A DNA stretch of 53,657 nt from IMG/VR virus record IMGVR_UViG_3300036715_001099, positions 1-53,657 of that record; one strand, written 5' to 3'. Below are positions 19,200-28,640 of the stretch, piece by piece. Position 1 is the first letter of the stretch. Each line of letters opens with the position of its first letter. A model generated the notes under the pieces. That model saw nothing but the letters and a program-made list of their open reading frames with translations, was not told the origin of the DNA and did no database searches. This stretch comes from a virus (taxonomy: Duplodnaviria; Caudoviricetes). The position numbers and the translations under genes were made by a program.

Positions 19200-20032
19200 T
19201 GCCAGCACTCGCGCTCAACGGCATCACCATCCCCATCGCTCGGGATGGCATCACGGTCGCAACCGACCTCGTGGGATCTGGCCCCGACCGTGCGCAGGAC
19301 GGCTCCACGCGCTTCAACTACCAATCGCTCCGGCGACGATGGCAGTTCAAGACGGAGCGGATGCCGTTGATCGACGCCTCCTTCCTGGCCGCTATCATCG
19401 CGGGCCAGGGGGAGCGTTGGGCGTTCGATACGGACATGTACGGCGACAAGGGTCAGGGGCCGAGCGTCGCGCCTGGCACACCCACAGGCTCGTCGCTCGC
19501 TGCGGGGAAGTACGGCAACGCGCTCACTTTCACAGCTGCTACGGGCAACGCCGCAATATTCCCGACGCCGCCTGCGCCCGATGGATGGACTGTCTCGCTC
19601 TGGTATCAGCAGTCGGCGGGCGGGTTTGATCACTACTTCGTAACGGCGCTCGGCGATGTCGGCTCGGGCGGCGTCGCGACCGTGTGGAAGAACAACGTGG
19701 CGCAGAGCTCGTTCATTCCGTTCTTCATGACGTACGCAGCCGCGACGGGCATCTCGCTCAAGAGTCAGGCCGTCATCGCCAACTTCGACGATCTGGTCTT
19801 CATTCCTGCGCAGCTGACCACGGTCTCCGCAGCGATCCGCACTCAGCTTTACACATGGCTCACGACCAACGCCTGGAGCACTCCGTACCCGCGTCTCAGC
19901 GCGTCAGGCGACTTCCACACGGTCACGGTCCAGGCGGTAGGCAAGGTTGGGGACATGACCAACGCGATGTCCGTAGTCAACGGTACGTTTCAGGACAACG
20001 CACGGAAGCTCGACTTCGAGCTCTGGGAGTAG
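19199..20032 (+). CDS. distal tail protein with inserted LamG/ConA-like segment
   Basis: Follows TMP; RAQDGS...RRWQF.T Dit-like N-terminus; GKYGNALTF and WTVSLW LamG-like motifs. Confidence 0.6.
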   Translation: MPALALNGITIPIARDGITVATDLVGSGPDRAQDGSTRFNYQSLRRRWQFKTERMPLIDASFLAAIIAGQGERWAFDTDMYGDKGQGPSVAPGTPTGSSLAAGKYGNALTFTAATGNAAIFPTPPAPDGWTVSLWYQQSAGGFDHYFVTALGDVGSGGVATVWKNNVAQSSFIPFFMTYAAATGISLKSQAVIANFDDLVFIPAQLTTVSAAIRTQLYTWLTTNAWSTPYPRLSASGDFHTVTVQAVGKVGDMTNAMSVVNGTFQDNARKLDFELWE

Positions 20033-20035
20033 ACA

Positions 20036-22441
20036 ATGCGCGCAGACCGCAACGCTCAGCACCTTGAGTTCTTTACCAACCAGAGCCAAGCGGTCTTCAT
20101 CCGCGTAGACATCCAGGAGCAAGTCTCAGGAATCTGGCGGGACATCACGCTGCGCAGCGGCTACAACATGCTGAGCGGCGCGAAGTTCTCCATGAACGTG
20201 GACCAGCCTGGGATGACGCTGGATCTCTCGATCAAGCGCGAGATCTTCCAGCTGTCGATGGCACCACTCATCACGAAGAGCAAGATCAACGCCGTGTCTG
20301 GCTCGTACAGTGCGCTCGTCCGCCCGAATGCCAACGTGCGAGCCTACGTTCAAGTTCGCGCGTCGGGCCAGGGCCCTGTCACTACGGGCCACGTGGACGG
20401 CGACGGCCTGGCAGGCGCATGGATCTGGATCTTTGACGGGCAGATCGACTCGCCTGACTCGGGCGCTGATCCGATGCAAGTGTCTTGCTCCGACTTGATC
20501 TCCAGGTTGCAGCGGACGTGGATCAAGACCGAGCGCGTCTACGGAGTGTGGCAGGCGAGCACCCGCGTCCTCAGCGGCACGGTCGTCGTTCCATCGCCGC
20601 AGTCCAGTATCACGCCGAACAACCTGGACGCTCCGACCGGCCCGTGGTGGCAGGCGCAGAGCACGTTCACGACCGGGACAACGGAGCCAACGTGGCTACT
20701 CACACCCATCGTGGGCACGTCCACGGTGACCGACGGCGCTGGCAACGTCTGGAAGTGCATCAGCACGAACGTCGCCGATGTCGCTGGCACCGAGCTCGGC
20801 GTCCACATGCAACAGATCCTCGACGACAACATGGGCGTCGGCGCCTGGGCACTCACCACCGTCGGCTCTACGTTCCAGTCGATCAACCCATATAAGCTCA
20901 CAGGGATGTCCGTCTGGCAGGCGCTCCAGAACGTGGCGGACATCATCGGGTGGGTGGTGCGGTACGTATGGGACAACGGGAGCTCGACGTTCAAGCTCAA
21001 GTTCTTCGACCCGGTACGCACAGGCGGCTCGAGCGTTCAGTCGTTTCAGTCGTTTCAATACAACGACATCACGACGTTCAAGCAAGACATCAGTACAGTC
21101 CGCAACGACATCGACGTTCGCTACTTCAACAGCGTTGCGAACGTCGATGCCAGTGGCAATCCAATCGCGAGTACGGTGAACGTCCAGGACGCGACGAGTA
21201 TCGCAGCCAACGGCGACCTCTACGCAGCCATCGCCGAGGGTGCGGCCACAGGCATCAACGACGCGACCACAGCTGCGCGCCTGGCCAACGCTGCGCTGAC
21301 GGACTTGGCGCAGGTGCCGATCCAGACGCAGATAGAGGTGAACTTCCTGTGGTGGCTTGAGCTCAACGACCTTGTCACGCTGGTCCCCAACGGGCTCCAG
21401 TTTGACAGCGCCACGCTCCCGACCACGAACTGGAACGTACTCGCTGTTTACGGCATCGAGCTCACCTGCAGTACGGACGGCAGCGCAGATACGATGATCA
21501 GTCTGCGCAGCGCGCCGTGCTCGGGCGTCTACCGCTGGCACGACAAGCTCGCCGGCGGAGGTCGCAACGGTGGATCGGTCAAGACACTGACTCCCCACGG
21601 GGTGTCGAACATCGTGGCGAACTCCGCCCTCCGCGGGGCCCGCATCAGCTACACTATCCCCAGCGCACGGTTGGGCACCTACCGGCACACCGAGCTACAC
21701 GTCAGCTCCTCGTCAGGCTTTACCCCGGCCTCCGCCACGCTGCGAGGCACAGGCACAGGCGGCTACTTCCTGCTCGGCGACCTGACTCCCGGCATCACCT
21801 ACTACTACAGGCTGCTGCACAAGGACGCGCGGGACAACGCTGGCGTAGCGAGCGCAGAGCGCAGCTTCGTCGCCGGCCAGGTGCAGACCACGGACATTGC
21901 CAACAGTGCGGTGCTGCCCACGCAACTCAGCACCCCCCTGCGCACGTTCGCGCGCATGGTGATGCCAGTGGGCCCGGAGCTCACGTACCCTGGCAACGAC
22001 ATCGCGATCACCTGGAAGACAACGGCCGACATCGATCCCGCCGCAGGCTTCCAGTCCGACCACCAGAACTGGAAGAACATCATCAGCGACGGGTGGTTCC
22101 GCGTCCGCGTGCACATGCACTGGACGACGAACGTGGTGCCTGGAGATCGTCTCCAGCTTTACATCGTCAAGGCCACGGGCGCCACGGTCACGGCGTACTA
22201 CGGGTCAGGCGTTGCGCTCGCCAATACAGACCGCGCAGGCGCAGACGTGATGTTCCTACTGTTCGAGGAAATCATCTTCATCGCGAAGAATGACCAGATC
22301 CGTATCCACGCGTCGCTCACTGGTTCGACCACGCTTGGCGCTCTCACAACGCGCGTCATGAAGGGTCCGGTCGTCGCTGCTACGCTCGCCGGCTCCACGA
22401 CGGGTTGCTGGTGGGAGATCGAGCGGTTGCCGTACATCTAA
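20036..22441 (+). CDS. tail hub/tip protein with FN3-like and C-terminal beta domains
   Basis: IFDG.ID hub motif, VRNDIDVRY, LELNDLV, LTPGITYYYRL (FN3-like). Confidence 0.75.
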   Translation: MRADRNAQHLEFFTNQSQAVFIRVDIQEQVSGIWRDITLRSGYNMLSGAKFSMNVDQPGMTLDLSIKREIFQLSMAPLITKSKINAVSGSYSALVRPNANVRAYVQVRASGQGPVTTGHVDGDGLAGAWIWIFDGQIDSPDSGADPMQVSCSDLISRLQRTWIKTERVYGVWQASTRVLSGTVVVPSPQSSITPNNLDAPTGPWWQAQSTFTTGTTEPTWLLTPIVGTSTVTDGAGNVWKCISTNVADVAGTELGVHMQQILDDNMGVGAWALTTVGSTFQSINPYKLTGMSVWQALQNVADIIGWVVRYVWDNGSSTFKLKFFDPVRTGGSSVQSFQSFQYNDITTFKQDISTVRNDIDVRYFNSVANVDASGNPIASTVNVQDATSIAANGDLYAAIAEGAATGINDATTAARLANAALTDLAQVPIQTQIEVNFLWWLELNDLVTLVPNGLQFDSATLPTTNWNVLAVYGIELTCSTDGSADTMISLRSAPCSGVYRWHDKLAGGGRNGGSVKTLTPHGVSNIVANSALRGARISYTIPSARLGTYRHTELHVSSSSGFTPASATLRGTGTGGYFLLGDLTPGITYYYRLLHKDARDNAGVASAERSFVAGQVQTTDIANSAVLPTQLSTPLRTFARMVMPVGPELTYPGNDIAITWKTTADIDPAAGFQSDHQNWKNIISDGWFRVRVHMHWTTNVVPGDRLQLYIVKATGATVTAYYGSGVALANTDRAGADVMFLLFEEIIFIAKNDQIRIHASLTGSTTLGALTTRVMKGPVVAATLAGSTTGCWWEIERLPYI

Positions 22442-22450
22442 GGAGCGTCT

Positions 22451-22906
22451 ATGTCAGTCATCGACGTCATCGCGCAGAACGGCATCACAGTCGTCGCGCC
22501 TGCGGCGAAGCAACTGTTCTACATCGCGTCGCCAGGTCAGGCCGCTGTCGCTGCAGGATCCACGTTGCGCGGAGCTCTTCAGGACGTGGCCACCCTCTCA
22601 GCGTTCACGAACTCGTGGGTCAACTTCGGAGGAGGCGGGCCCACCTACGAGTTCGCTGCTTACTGGCTCAACTCGTTCGGCGAAGTGTGCCTTCAGGGCA
22701 GCATCAAGGCCGGGACCATGAGCGCGTCCGCGTTCACGCTCCCGGCTGGGCTGCGCCCCGCGAAGAATCATCAGTACGCAGTCGCGAGCTACAACGGAAC
22801 CTCAAACATCTACGGGATGGTGGAAGTCACAGCCGCAGGTCTGGTCGTGCCCACAGTCGGCGCGAATAACCTCATCTCGTTGGATGGCATCAGGTTCACG
22901 ATCTAG
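22451..22906 (+). CDS. small tail fibre/receptor-binding-type protein
   Basis: NSW.N...Y.....GEV.L.G.I..G......FTLPAG.RP...ISLDGI.F pattern common in tail fibre tips. Confidence 0.65.
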   Translation: MSVIDVIAQNGITVVAPAAKQLFYIASPGQAAVAAGSTLRGALQDVATLSAFTNSWVNFGGGGPTYEFAAYWLNSFGEVCLQGSIKAGTMSASAFTLPAGLRPAKNHQYAVASYNGTSNIYGMVEVTAAGLVVPTVGANNLISLDGIRFTI

Positions 22907-22944
22907 TGGAGAGTACTCTCACAACGCAGCGCAAGGAGCATCGC

Positions 22945-23337
22945 ATGTCAACCGAAGAGCACCCTCCTGCAGCAGAAGCTCAGCACCACGAAAGGGAGGC
23001 GCTTGAGCTTCCTGAGCGCGGAGTGCCCGCATGGCTCGCCATCATGGGCGTCGCAGTAGGCATCTTCATCTCCGCATCTGGGGCAGTCGGGAGTTACGCG
23101 ATCATGTCCTGGCGCGTCAACGACACGGACAAGAAGCTGGAAGTGCAGGCGAAGCAGATCGAAGACCTGCGCGAGAAGCAAGCGAGCCAAGCGGTCTTGA
23201 TGGGAGAAGTCAAGATCGAGATGACCAACATCGGTAAGAACGTAGAGGGCCTGGATCGCAGGCAGAGTGAGACAAACGCTCTCCTGCGGGAAGTCATCGC
23301 GCACCTCCCGAGCATCGACCACAGCCACACCCACTGA
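22945..23337 (+). CDS. membrane protein with coiled coil (holin/spanin-type lysis accessory)
   Basis: One TM helix then a coiled coil; AAGGAG RBS; in the lysis region. Confidence 0.55.
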   Translation: MSTEEHPPAAEAQHHEREALELPERGVPAWLAIMGVAVGIFISASGAVGSYAIMSWRVNDTDKKLEVQAKQIEDLREKQASQAVLMGEVKIEMTNIGKNVEGLDRRQSETNALLREVIAHLPSIDHSHTH

Positions 23338-23395
23338 TTCCCGCTCGCCACTCGCGAACGGCTACGTAGCATCCACCCGAAGGAGCACCACCACC

Positions 23396-23986
23396 ATGAA
23401 GCGAATCCTCTTGCGGTCCTTGCTGTTCACAACTGCCCCGCTCGTCGCGACCGCCGAGCCCTCCACCCTCACCTACGACATCGAGCGCCTGGCGCATGCG
23501 CAGAGCACCAGCGGTACGGCGGGCGGGGTGGCCACGCCCGCCGCGCCCGCCGCCGCCTCGAGCTCTGGCGGGGCTGTGCAGTCCCCTCCGACGGCACCCG
23601 CGGCCCCGTCCAGCGGGGGCTTCGGCGCCATGCTCTTGGGACTCCTGTCCTCCAGCTGGGAGTACGTCCTGACCTTGCTGCTCAGTATTCCGGTCATCGC
23701 GACCTTGCTGACTGCGCAGCGCAAGAAGCTCATCGCCGACGCGACCTTCCATGCGTTCTGGGCTGTGGAGGACGCGGTCTCGGACGCGGACATCAAAAGC
23801 CCGATCGTCGACAAGGCAGGCGCGGGCTTGAAGATCGCCAATCAGTACATGCTGGACCACGGGTGGCGGGGGCTGAAGCCCGGCGAGGTGGACGCGACGA
23901 AGACCGTGTTCAAGTCGATGAACGCACAGCTGGACGCGCAGACCAAGGGCAGCGACTCCCCTTCCTCGGCTCCGAGCCCCAAGTAA
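23396..23986 (+). CDS. putative holin (LL-H-like C-terminal part) with signal-like N-terminus
   Basis: Hydrophobic segments then A...AFWAVED...K...A...L pattern; AAGGAG RBS; upstream of the endolysin. Confidence 0.5.
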   Translation: MKRILLRSLLFTTAPLVATAEPSTLTYDIERLAHAQSTSGTAGGVATPAAPAAASSSGGAVQSPPTAPAAPSSGGFGAMLLGLLSSSWEYVLTLLLSIPVIATLLTAQRKKLIADATFHAFWAVEDAVSDADIKSPIVDKAGAGLKIANQYMLDHGWRGLKPGEVDATKTVFKSMNAQLDAQTKGSDSPSSAPSPK

Positions 23987-24204
23987 CCGGGCTTCAGGTT
24001 CGGAGCAGCATCTTCGTGGAGCACGACGGACTCGGCGATATGTTCAGCGCGCCGATCAGCCGCGCAGGTGCGCGCGTCGAGCTCCAGAAGCCCATCGTCG
24101 GCGGGCTGTTCAGCTTCGCAGCCGGCGAAGCCGCGATGTCTAAGCAGCCCGCGGGTTGGACTCCGGACTTGCGCGTGAGCGCAGGGCTGGGCTTCAACTT
24201 CTGA
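23863..24204 (+). CDS. possible overlapping or frameshifted ORF ending in a beta-signal-like C-terminus
   Basis: Fills the 220-nt gap after the holin-like stop, ends RVSAGLGFNF and is followed at once by a terminator; start unclear. Confidence 0.4.
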   Translation: MAGAEARRGGRDEDRVQVDERTAGRADQGQRLPFLGSEPQVTGLQVRSSIFVEHDGLGDMFSAPISRAGARVELQKPIVGGLFSFAAGEAAMSKQPAGWTPDLRVSAGLGFNF

Positions 24205-24210
24205 GCACAA

Positions 24211-24251
24211 CGCCCGACCATCCGCAAGGGTGGTCGGGCGATTTTCGTTTT
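24211..24251 (+). terminator. intrinsic terminator
   Basis: CGCCCGACCATCC-GCAA-GGGTGGTCGGGCG then ATTTTCGTTTT. Confidence 0.7.
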
Positions 24252-24266
24252 CAACTGGAGTCCCAA

Positions 24267-24875
24267 ATGCAAGTGGAATTTTCGCAATTGCAGAAGATCG
24301 CTCCTCGTGCTACGCTCGAGAGTTTCGTCGGACTCAACGAGGCCATGGCGGAGTTCGGCATCGACACGCCGCTGCGTGCAGCCATGTTCCTCGGGCAGCT
24401 GTCCGAGGAGTGCATTGAATTCACCACCTTCCGCGAGATCTGGGGCCCCTCGAAGGACCAGCTTCGGTACGAGCGGCCCATGCTGGCCGATGGCTCACTC
24501 GCACCGAAAGTCAATCCGCTTACCACGAAGGTCCCGACGTGGCAAGTCCTGGGAAACTGGCGGCGAGGCGACGGGAAGCTGTTCATGGGACGGGGCGGCA
24601 TCCAGCTGACCGGAGGCGGGAACTATGAGGAGTGTGGCACGGAGCTCAAGCTGGCGCTGCACGAGCAGCCATGGCTCGCCGAGCTCGCCGAGAACCGCTA
24701 CCGGGTGAGCGGCTGGTACTGGAGAAAACACAAGCTGAACGCGCCCTCCGACGAAGGCGACGTGCGGCGTGCAACGCTGCTGATCAATGGGCCCGGCCTG
24801 TATGGCCTGGCGCAGCGGGAGGCTTACTACACCCGGGCGCTTGCCGCTCTCGGGGCTGTGGCGGCCTGCAGCTAG
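24267..24875 (+). CDS. endolysin, glycoside hydrolase family 19 (chitinase-like)
   Basis: AMFLGQ..EE..F, LGN...GDG..F.GRG.IQLTG..NY, WYW, T..ING..GL..R motifs. Confidence 0.9.
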   Translation: MQVEFSQLQKIAPRATLESFVGLNEAMAEFGIDTPLRAAMFLGQLSEECIEFTTFREIWGPSKDQLRYERPMLADGSLAPKVNPLTTKVPTWQVLGNWRRGDGKLFMGRGGIQLTGGGNYEECGTELKLALHEQPWLAELAENRYRVSGWYWRKHKLNAPSDEGDVRRATLLINGPGLYGLAQREAYYTRALAALGAVAACS

Positions 24876-25006
24876 GCGCCAGAGCCCGCGGCCTGTGCAG
24901 GCTATGCCACGGGCCGGGCCGCCTGCCGTTAGCCCTCTGGCGGGGCGTATAGGACGCCGAACTGGGCCTCGCCGGCCCGGGGCGCGCTCATAGACCCACA
25001 AACGCA

Positions 25007-25044
25007 GCGGGCCCGGCTCCTTTTCAGGAACCGGGCCCGCTTTT
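25007..25044 (+). terminator. terminator at the convergence of the two transcription arms
   Basis: GCGGGCCCGG...CCGGGCCCGC followed by TTTT. Confidence 0.7.
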
Positions 25045-25075
25045 CGTCGTTGAAGCTCAGTCCACCAACCGCTGG

Positions 25076-25474
25076 CTACTTCGCCTCGGTCAGCTTGACG
25101 AATCCGTGCTTCTCGTCCCATCGCAAGTCGGCCATCCGCCCGCCCGCGGCGAGCAGCTGCTCGACCGTCTGCCCGTCATTCGTGTAGAGGGCGAAGCGCG
25201 CCTGGCCGTGCTCGGTGCGCTTGGGGTTCTCGGTCGCGAGAACCTCGATGGTCGACGAGAGCAGCGCGGCCTTCTTCAGCTGGCCTTCGGTCGGCGCCTT
25301 CGGCTCCTTCGGGGTCTCCACCTCGCCCTCGGTGGGGGTCGCGGCGGCGGGGGCGACCTTCGCCGGCTTCGCGGGCTTCGCGGGCTTCGCGGCGGGCGCA
25401 GCGGCGGGCGCAGCGGCGGGCGCAGCGGCGGGCGCAGCGACTGGGGCGGTCTTCGGGGCAGTCTTCGGGGCCAT
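25076..25474 (-). CDS. ADLRWD-domain protein A with Pro/Ala/Lys histone H1-like N-terminus
   Basis: ENPKR...ARFALY...TVEQLLAAGGRMADLRWDEKHG; AGGAG RBS; PAAA and PAK tandem repeats. Confidence 0.85.
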   Translation of the reverse strand: MAPKTAPKTAPVAAPAAAPAAAPAAAPAAKPAKPAKPAKVAPAAATPTEGEVETPKEPKAPTEGQLKKAALLSSTIEVLATENPKRTEHGQARFALYTNDGQTVEQLLAAGGRMADLRWDEKHGFVKLTEAK

Positions 25475-25607
25475 GATGTTGCTCCTGGGGATTCCAGCGT
25501 TTGCTGGTTGGATGCGCCGAGCACCATTGCTCGGTGTGAGGATGTATAGCGTGGGCTACGTAGGAGTGCAAGTTCTTTCGTACTTATTTTGCCAAGTGCC
25601 TGAATTT

Positions 25608-25835
25608 TCAGGTCTTTTTCTGAGCCTCCTCGTGCTCGTCATACAGGTACAGCCGGGCCACAGTGCGATTCCCAAGCTTCAGCCAGGCCGCGCTGACCTC
25701 CTTGCCTGTGGGCGCAGCGGCGACGAGCAGCCCCAGGAATGCCTTGATGGCTGTGCGGTCGTTCGGCTCCATCATGGTGGAGGGCCGCGGCTGCTTACCG
25801 CCCGGCCCGAGGAAGAGGTACGTGTACTCCTTCAC
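25608..25835 (-). CDS. hypothetical protein
   Basis: GTGA overlap with the upstream ORF. Confidence 0.6.
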   Translation of the reverse strand: MKEYTYLFLGPGGKQPRPSTMMEPNDRTAIKAFLGLLVAAAPTGKEVSAAWLKLGNRTVARLYLYDEHEEAQKKT

Positions 25836-26095
25836 GACTCAAACTCCTTGCCGCAAAAGCACGCCTGCGCCGAGATGGGATTCAACTCGGTGCAACCGCC
25901 GCACACCTTCGCCAGCTGGTAGCCTCCGGGCGTGGCGCAGTCCGCCCCGGGCACCGCATTCTCGCCCTCTCCGCGGAAGAGCTTCCGGGCCAGCTGGCCC
26001 GCCCCGTCCACGGCCCGAACGAGCAGTGCGTGTTCCTTGGTCAAGGTCTTCAGCGCCTGGCGCATGGTGCTCGGTCCACGATTTCGCTTTGCCAT
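25832..26095 (-). CDS. hypothetical protein with C-terminal zinc ribbon
   Basis: AAGGAG RBS; KVCGGC..LN...A..C.CG. Confidence 0.7.
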   Translation of the reverse strand: MAKRNRGPSTMRQALKTLTKEHALLVRAVDGAGQLARKLFRGEGENAVPGADCATPGGYQLAKVCGGCTELNPISAQACFCGKEFES

Positions 26096-26110
26096 GGTCT
26101 GCTCCTTGTG

Positions 26111-26290
26111 CTACGATGAAGGGTTGTCGCGGAGATGTTGTGCGGCCATCTTCTCCACGCGCTGCGCCTGCTCTTCTTGCGGACCACGTTGGCCCGGCTC
26201 TGCGCGCCATGCCGCGGCGCAGCGCAGAAGGTACGCGTGATGCTCCCGTCGGTTCCGCAGGTTGTTGTCCGCTCCAAGAAACTTCCTCAC
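26111..26290 (-). CDS. hypothetical protein (59 aa, not in ORF track)
   Basis: GGAGG RBS then GTG; MRKFLGADNNLRNRREHHAYLLRCAAAW...QHLRDNPSS. Confidence 0.55.
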   Translation of the reverse strand: MRKFLGADNNLRNRREHHAYLLRCAAAWRAEPGQRGPQEEQAQRVEKMAAQHLRDNPSS

Positions 26291-26522
26291 GTGTACCTCC
26301 CAGGTACCGCGCCGACCCTACACGGGCCGGGCGCAGCGTGCAACCATGAACCTAACTGCGAGCCGTGGCGTCGAACGCCTTGCGCGACTGGCGCTTCGCC
26401 ATCGGCCGCGCGCAGCGGGTGCAAGCGTTCAACCGAACCGAAGCGTGCTTCCCAGCTGCGCTGTTCATGCGAGAAGAGTAACCCGGGGCTTCGCAGGTTG
26501 CAAGCCCCGGGATGACGATTTC

Positions 26523-26879
26523 TTACTTCTTGTAGATGTAGCCCACCATCAGGTCCTTCTGCACACCCGTCATCAGCCACACCGCGGCCATGGCGCCCTC
26601 CGGCATCCCAATCTCGCGGCGGGCGTAGACCCACACGCTACTCACGCCGACGATGCGCCCGTCGAAGTACCGAGGACGCTGGCCGTAGCTCCAGCCCGTG
26701 GTCACCACACGCAGCGGGTTCTCGCGGTCCCGGGCATGCTTCTCGTACTGCCGACCGTCCATGTCGCGCATGAAGGCGGCGAGGTACGTGCCATTCAGGC
26801 CGAGCAGGTAGGCCTCCTTCCCAGCGATCATCTTCAGCTCGTACTGCGCCTTCTTGTTGGACGTGGTGGCCGGGGCCAT
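26523..26879 (-). CDS. hypothetical early protein
   Basis: Promoter cassette plus AGGAG RBS before ATG 26879. Confidence 0.75.
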   Translation of the reverse strand: MAPATTSNKKAQYELKMIAGKEAYLLGLNGTYLAAFMRDMDGRQYEKHARDRENPLRVVTTGWSYGQRPRYFDGRIVGVSSVWVYARREIGMPEGAMAAVWLMTGVQKDLMVGYIYKK

Positions 26880-26971
26880 GTGCGACTCCTGTGTTGCGCG
26901 GTGTGAAAGAAGAGTAGCAAAGATCGTCGCGCTGCGCAAGTAGCAGCGCGACGAATGTTGTAAAGCCGACG

Positions 26972-27193
26972 CTACCACCCGAAGAAGCTGAGCGTGTCGC
27001 ACTTCGCCTGTATGCGGCGGAGTAGCTTGGGGCTGACCACGCCGCCCGTCACGCGGAGCACGCCCTCGGTCTGGTTGCACCACGCGGTCTCCTGACCGCT
27101 GCGCGTAACGCTCAGGCTGTACGCATTCTCGCGCTCCACCACAACCACCCCGCCCGCGTCGCGCAGGGTGAACGACTTGGGCGGGGTGTTCAT
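26972..27193 (-). CDS. hypothetical early protein
   Basis: Starts 1 nt after the upstream stop. Confidence 0.65.
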   Translation of the reverse strand: MNTPPKSFTLRDAGGVVVVERENAYSLSVTRSGQETAWCNQTEGVLRVTGGVVSPKLLRRIQAKCDTLSFFGW

Positions 27194-27194
27194 G

Positions 27195-27398
27195 CTAGGC
27201 CACCTTCACGGCGAGCGTAGTGCCGCAGGTGTGGTTCCGCATCTCTAGGCTGTAGGCCTCGGGCTCCTCCGCGTCGGTGGGGTCCGCAGGCACGTCCCAG
27301 GTCTTCGGGTCGGGTAGCTGCGCCCATTCGGCCGCGGTGATCGCCACGCCGCACTTCGTGCAACGTTTGGGAAACTCGCCGGCCACTGGGGTCTTCAT
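27195..27398 (-). CDS. small zinc-binding early protein
   Basis: PKRCTKCG...LEMRNHTCGTTL; promoter cassette and AAGGAG RBS. Confidence 0.7.
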   Translation of the reverse strand: MKTPVAGEFPKRCTKCGVAITAAEWAQLPDPKTWDVPADPTDAEEPEAYSLEMRNHTCGTTLAVKVA

Positions 27399-27475
27399 GC
27401 TGGGCTCCTTGCTGCGCGGCACCATTGCCGTGAGAGAAGAGTAGCAACCCTTCTCCCGCGGCGCAACAACATTCG

Positions 27476-27733
27476 TCACACCTGCTCGCCGTTGGCATCG
27501 CGCGCCGTGACGTGGTGGGTGTGGCCACACCCGCGGCACTCAGCCAGGAGGTCTTCGCTGCCACCACCGACCAGCCGACCGTCTTCGGTCATGTTGGCGT
27601 GGCAGGACTCACAGAGGAACTTGCCGCCCATGCCCTGGAGGCGGATGGTGCCCTGCCGCGCAGGGGCCAGCTGGAGGGTGACGTTGCCGTCGCAGGAGGT
27701 AAGCTTGGCGGCCTTCAGGGAGATGGTGGGCAT
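27476..27733 (-). CDS. small zinc-finger early protein
   Basis: CESC and CRGC pairs; promoter cassette and GGAG RBS. Confidence 0.7.
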   Translation of the reverse strand: MPTISLKAAKLTSCDGNVTLQLAPARQGTIRLQGMGGKFLCESCHANMTEDGRLVGGGSEDLLAECRGCGHTHHVTARDANGEQV

Positions 27734-27835
27734 GTGCGGCTCCGCGGCGCTTGGTTAGTGGGAGAGTGTTGCGCGCCTTGTGAAAGAAGAGTAGCGCGGG
27801 CTCACGGGGAACGCAAGTGCTTTGTGACGAATGTT

Positions 27836-27873
27836 GTAAACTCGGCGCAGGCCCCGCGCTGCGCCGAGTTTAC
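27836..27873. repeat. 15-bp stem, 8-nt loop hairpin, copy 1
   Basis: GTAAACTCGGCGCAG-gccccgcg-CTGCGCCGAGTTTAC. Confidence 0.85.
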
Positions 27874-27880
27874 GAGTGGG

Positions 27881-28528
27881 CTACTTCCCCAGAATCACGA
27901 TGCCCTTGCTGACATCCCAGCGCAGGTCGGCCATGGTGCCGCCGAGCGCCAGGAACTCCGCGACCGTAGTCGCTTTGTTGTAGTACGCATCGAACCGGGC
28001 CGCCGAGGCGCCACGCTTCGTGACCCCGGGCTTGAAGGTGAGCGACTGCGCGGGGTTCATGGCCATCGGGTTCTTTCGGCCCATTCGGACCACGTCGGCC
28101 ACATCGCCGACGAGCTTGGCCACGGGGTCCACGGTAGGCCCCGGCTTCGGCGTCGTCACCTCGGGCTCCACAGGCAGCGCAGCGGGCGGAGGCGACTTCA
28201 CGTGGGGCGCCATGGCCACCTCGGCGGGCCGCGGGGTGACCAGCGGGCTCGCGGCCTGTGCGGCCTGCTTCATCTCAAACTCCTTCTGGCCCGCGTTCTC
28301 GGTGGCGATGTGCAGCTGCTCCAACGCGCCGAGCAGCTTCTCCCGCGGGATGCTGGGGTCGGCCTTCTGCGCCTGGAGCCCGTGGCCCTTCGCCAGGCCG
28401 ACGAGGCGCTTGTGGTCCAGGTGAAGCTGCGGCATGGTGTACGCGGCCCACAGTTCGCGCGCCTTGATGACATGCGCCGGGGCAGACGTGGTGGGCTTGA
28501 CTGCGGACTTCGGGGACTTGGTTGCCAT
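27881..28528 (-). CDS. ADLRWD-domain protein B
   Basis: KRGASAARFDAYYNKATTVAEFLALGGTMADLRWDVSKG; start ATG 28528 after a promoter cassette. Confidence 0.85.
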   Translation of the reverse strand: MATKSPKSAVKPTTSAPAHVIKARELWAAYTMPQLHLDHKRLVGLAKGHGLQAQKADPSIPREKLLGALEQLHIATENAGQKEFEMKQAAQAASPLVTPRPAEVAMAPHVKSPPPAALPVEPEVTTPKPGPTVDPVAKLVGDVADVVRMGRKNPMAMNPAQSLTFKPGVTKRGASAARFDAYYNKATTVAEFLALGGTMADLRWDVSKGIVILGK

Positions 28529-28640
28529 GGTGAAGCTCCGGGTTCGACGTGGTTGCTGCGTTGACTGCGCCCTACAAGAGGAAGAGTAACCCGGGGCTCG
28601 CAGGATTGCAAGTCCCGGTTGTACGATTTGTGACGATTTG

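Noticed and set aside
20036-22906. Diversity-generating retroelement targeting tail genes
   Set aside because: No reverse transcriptase and no TR/VR repeat pair noticed
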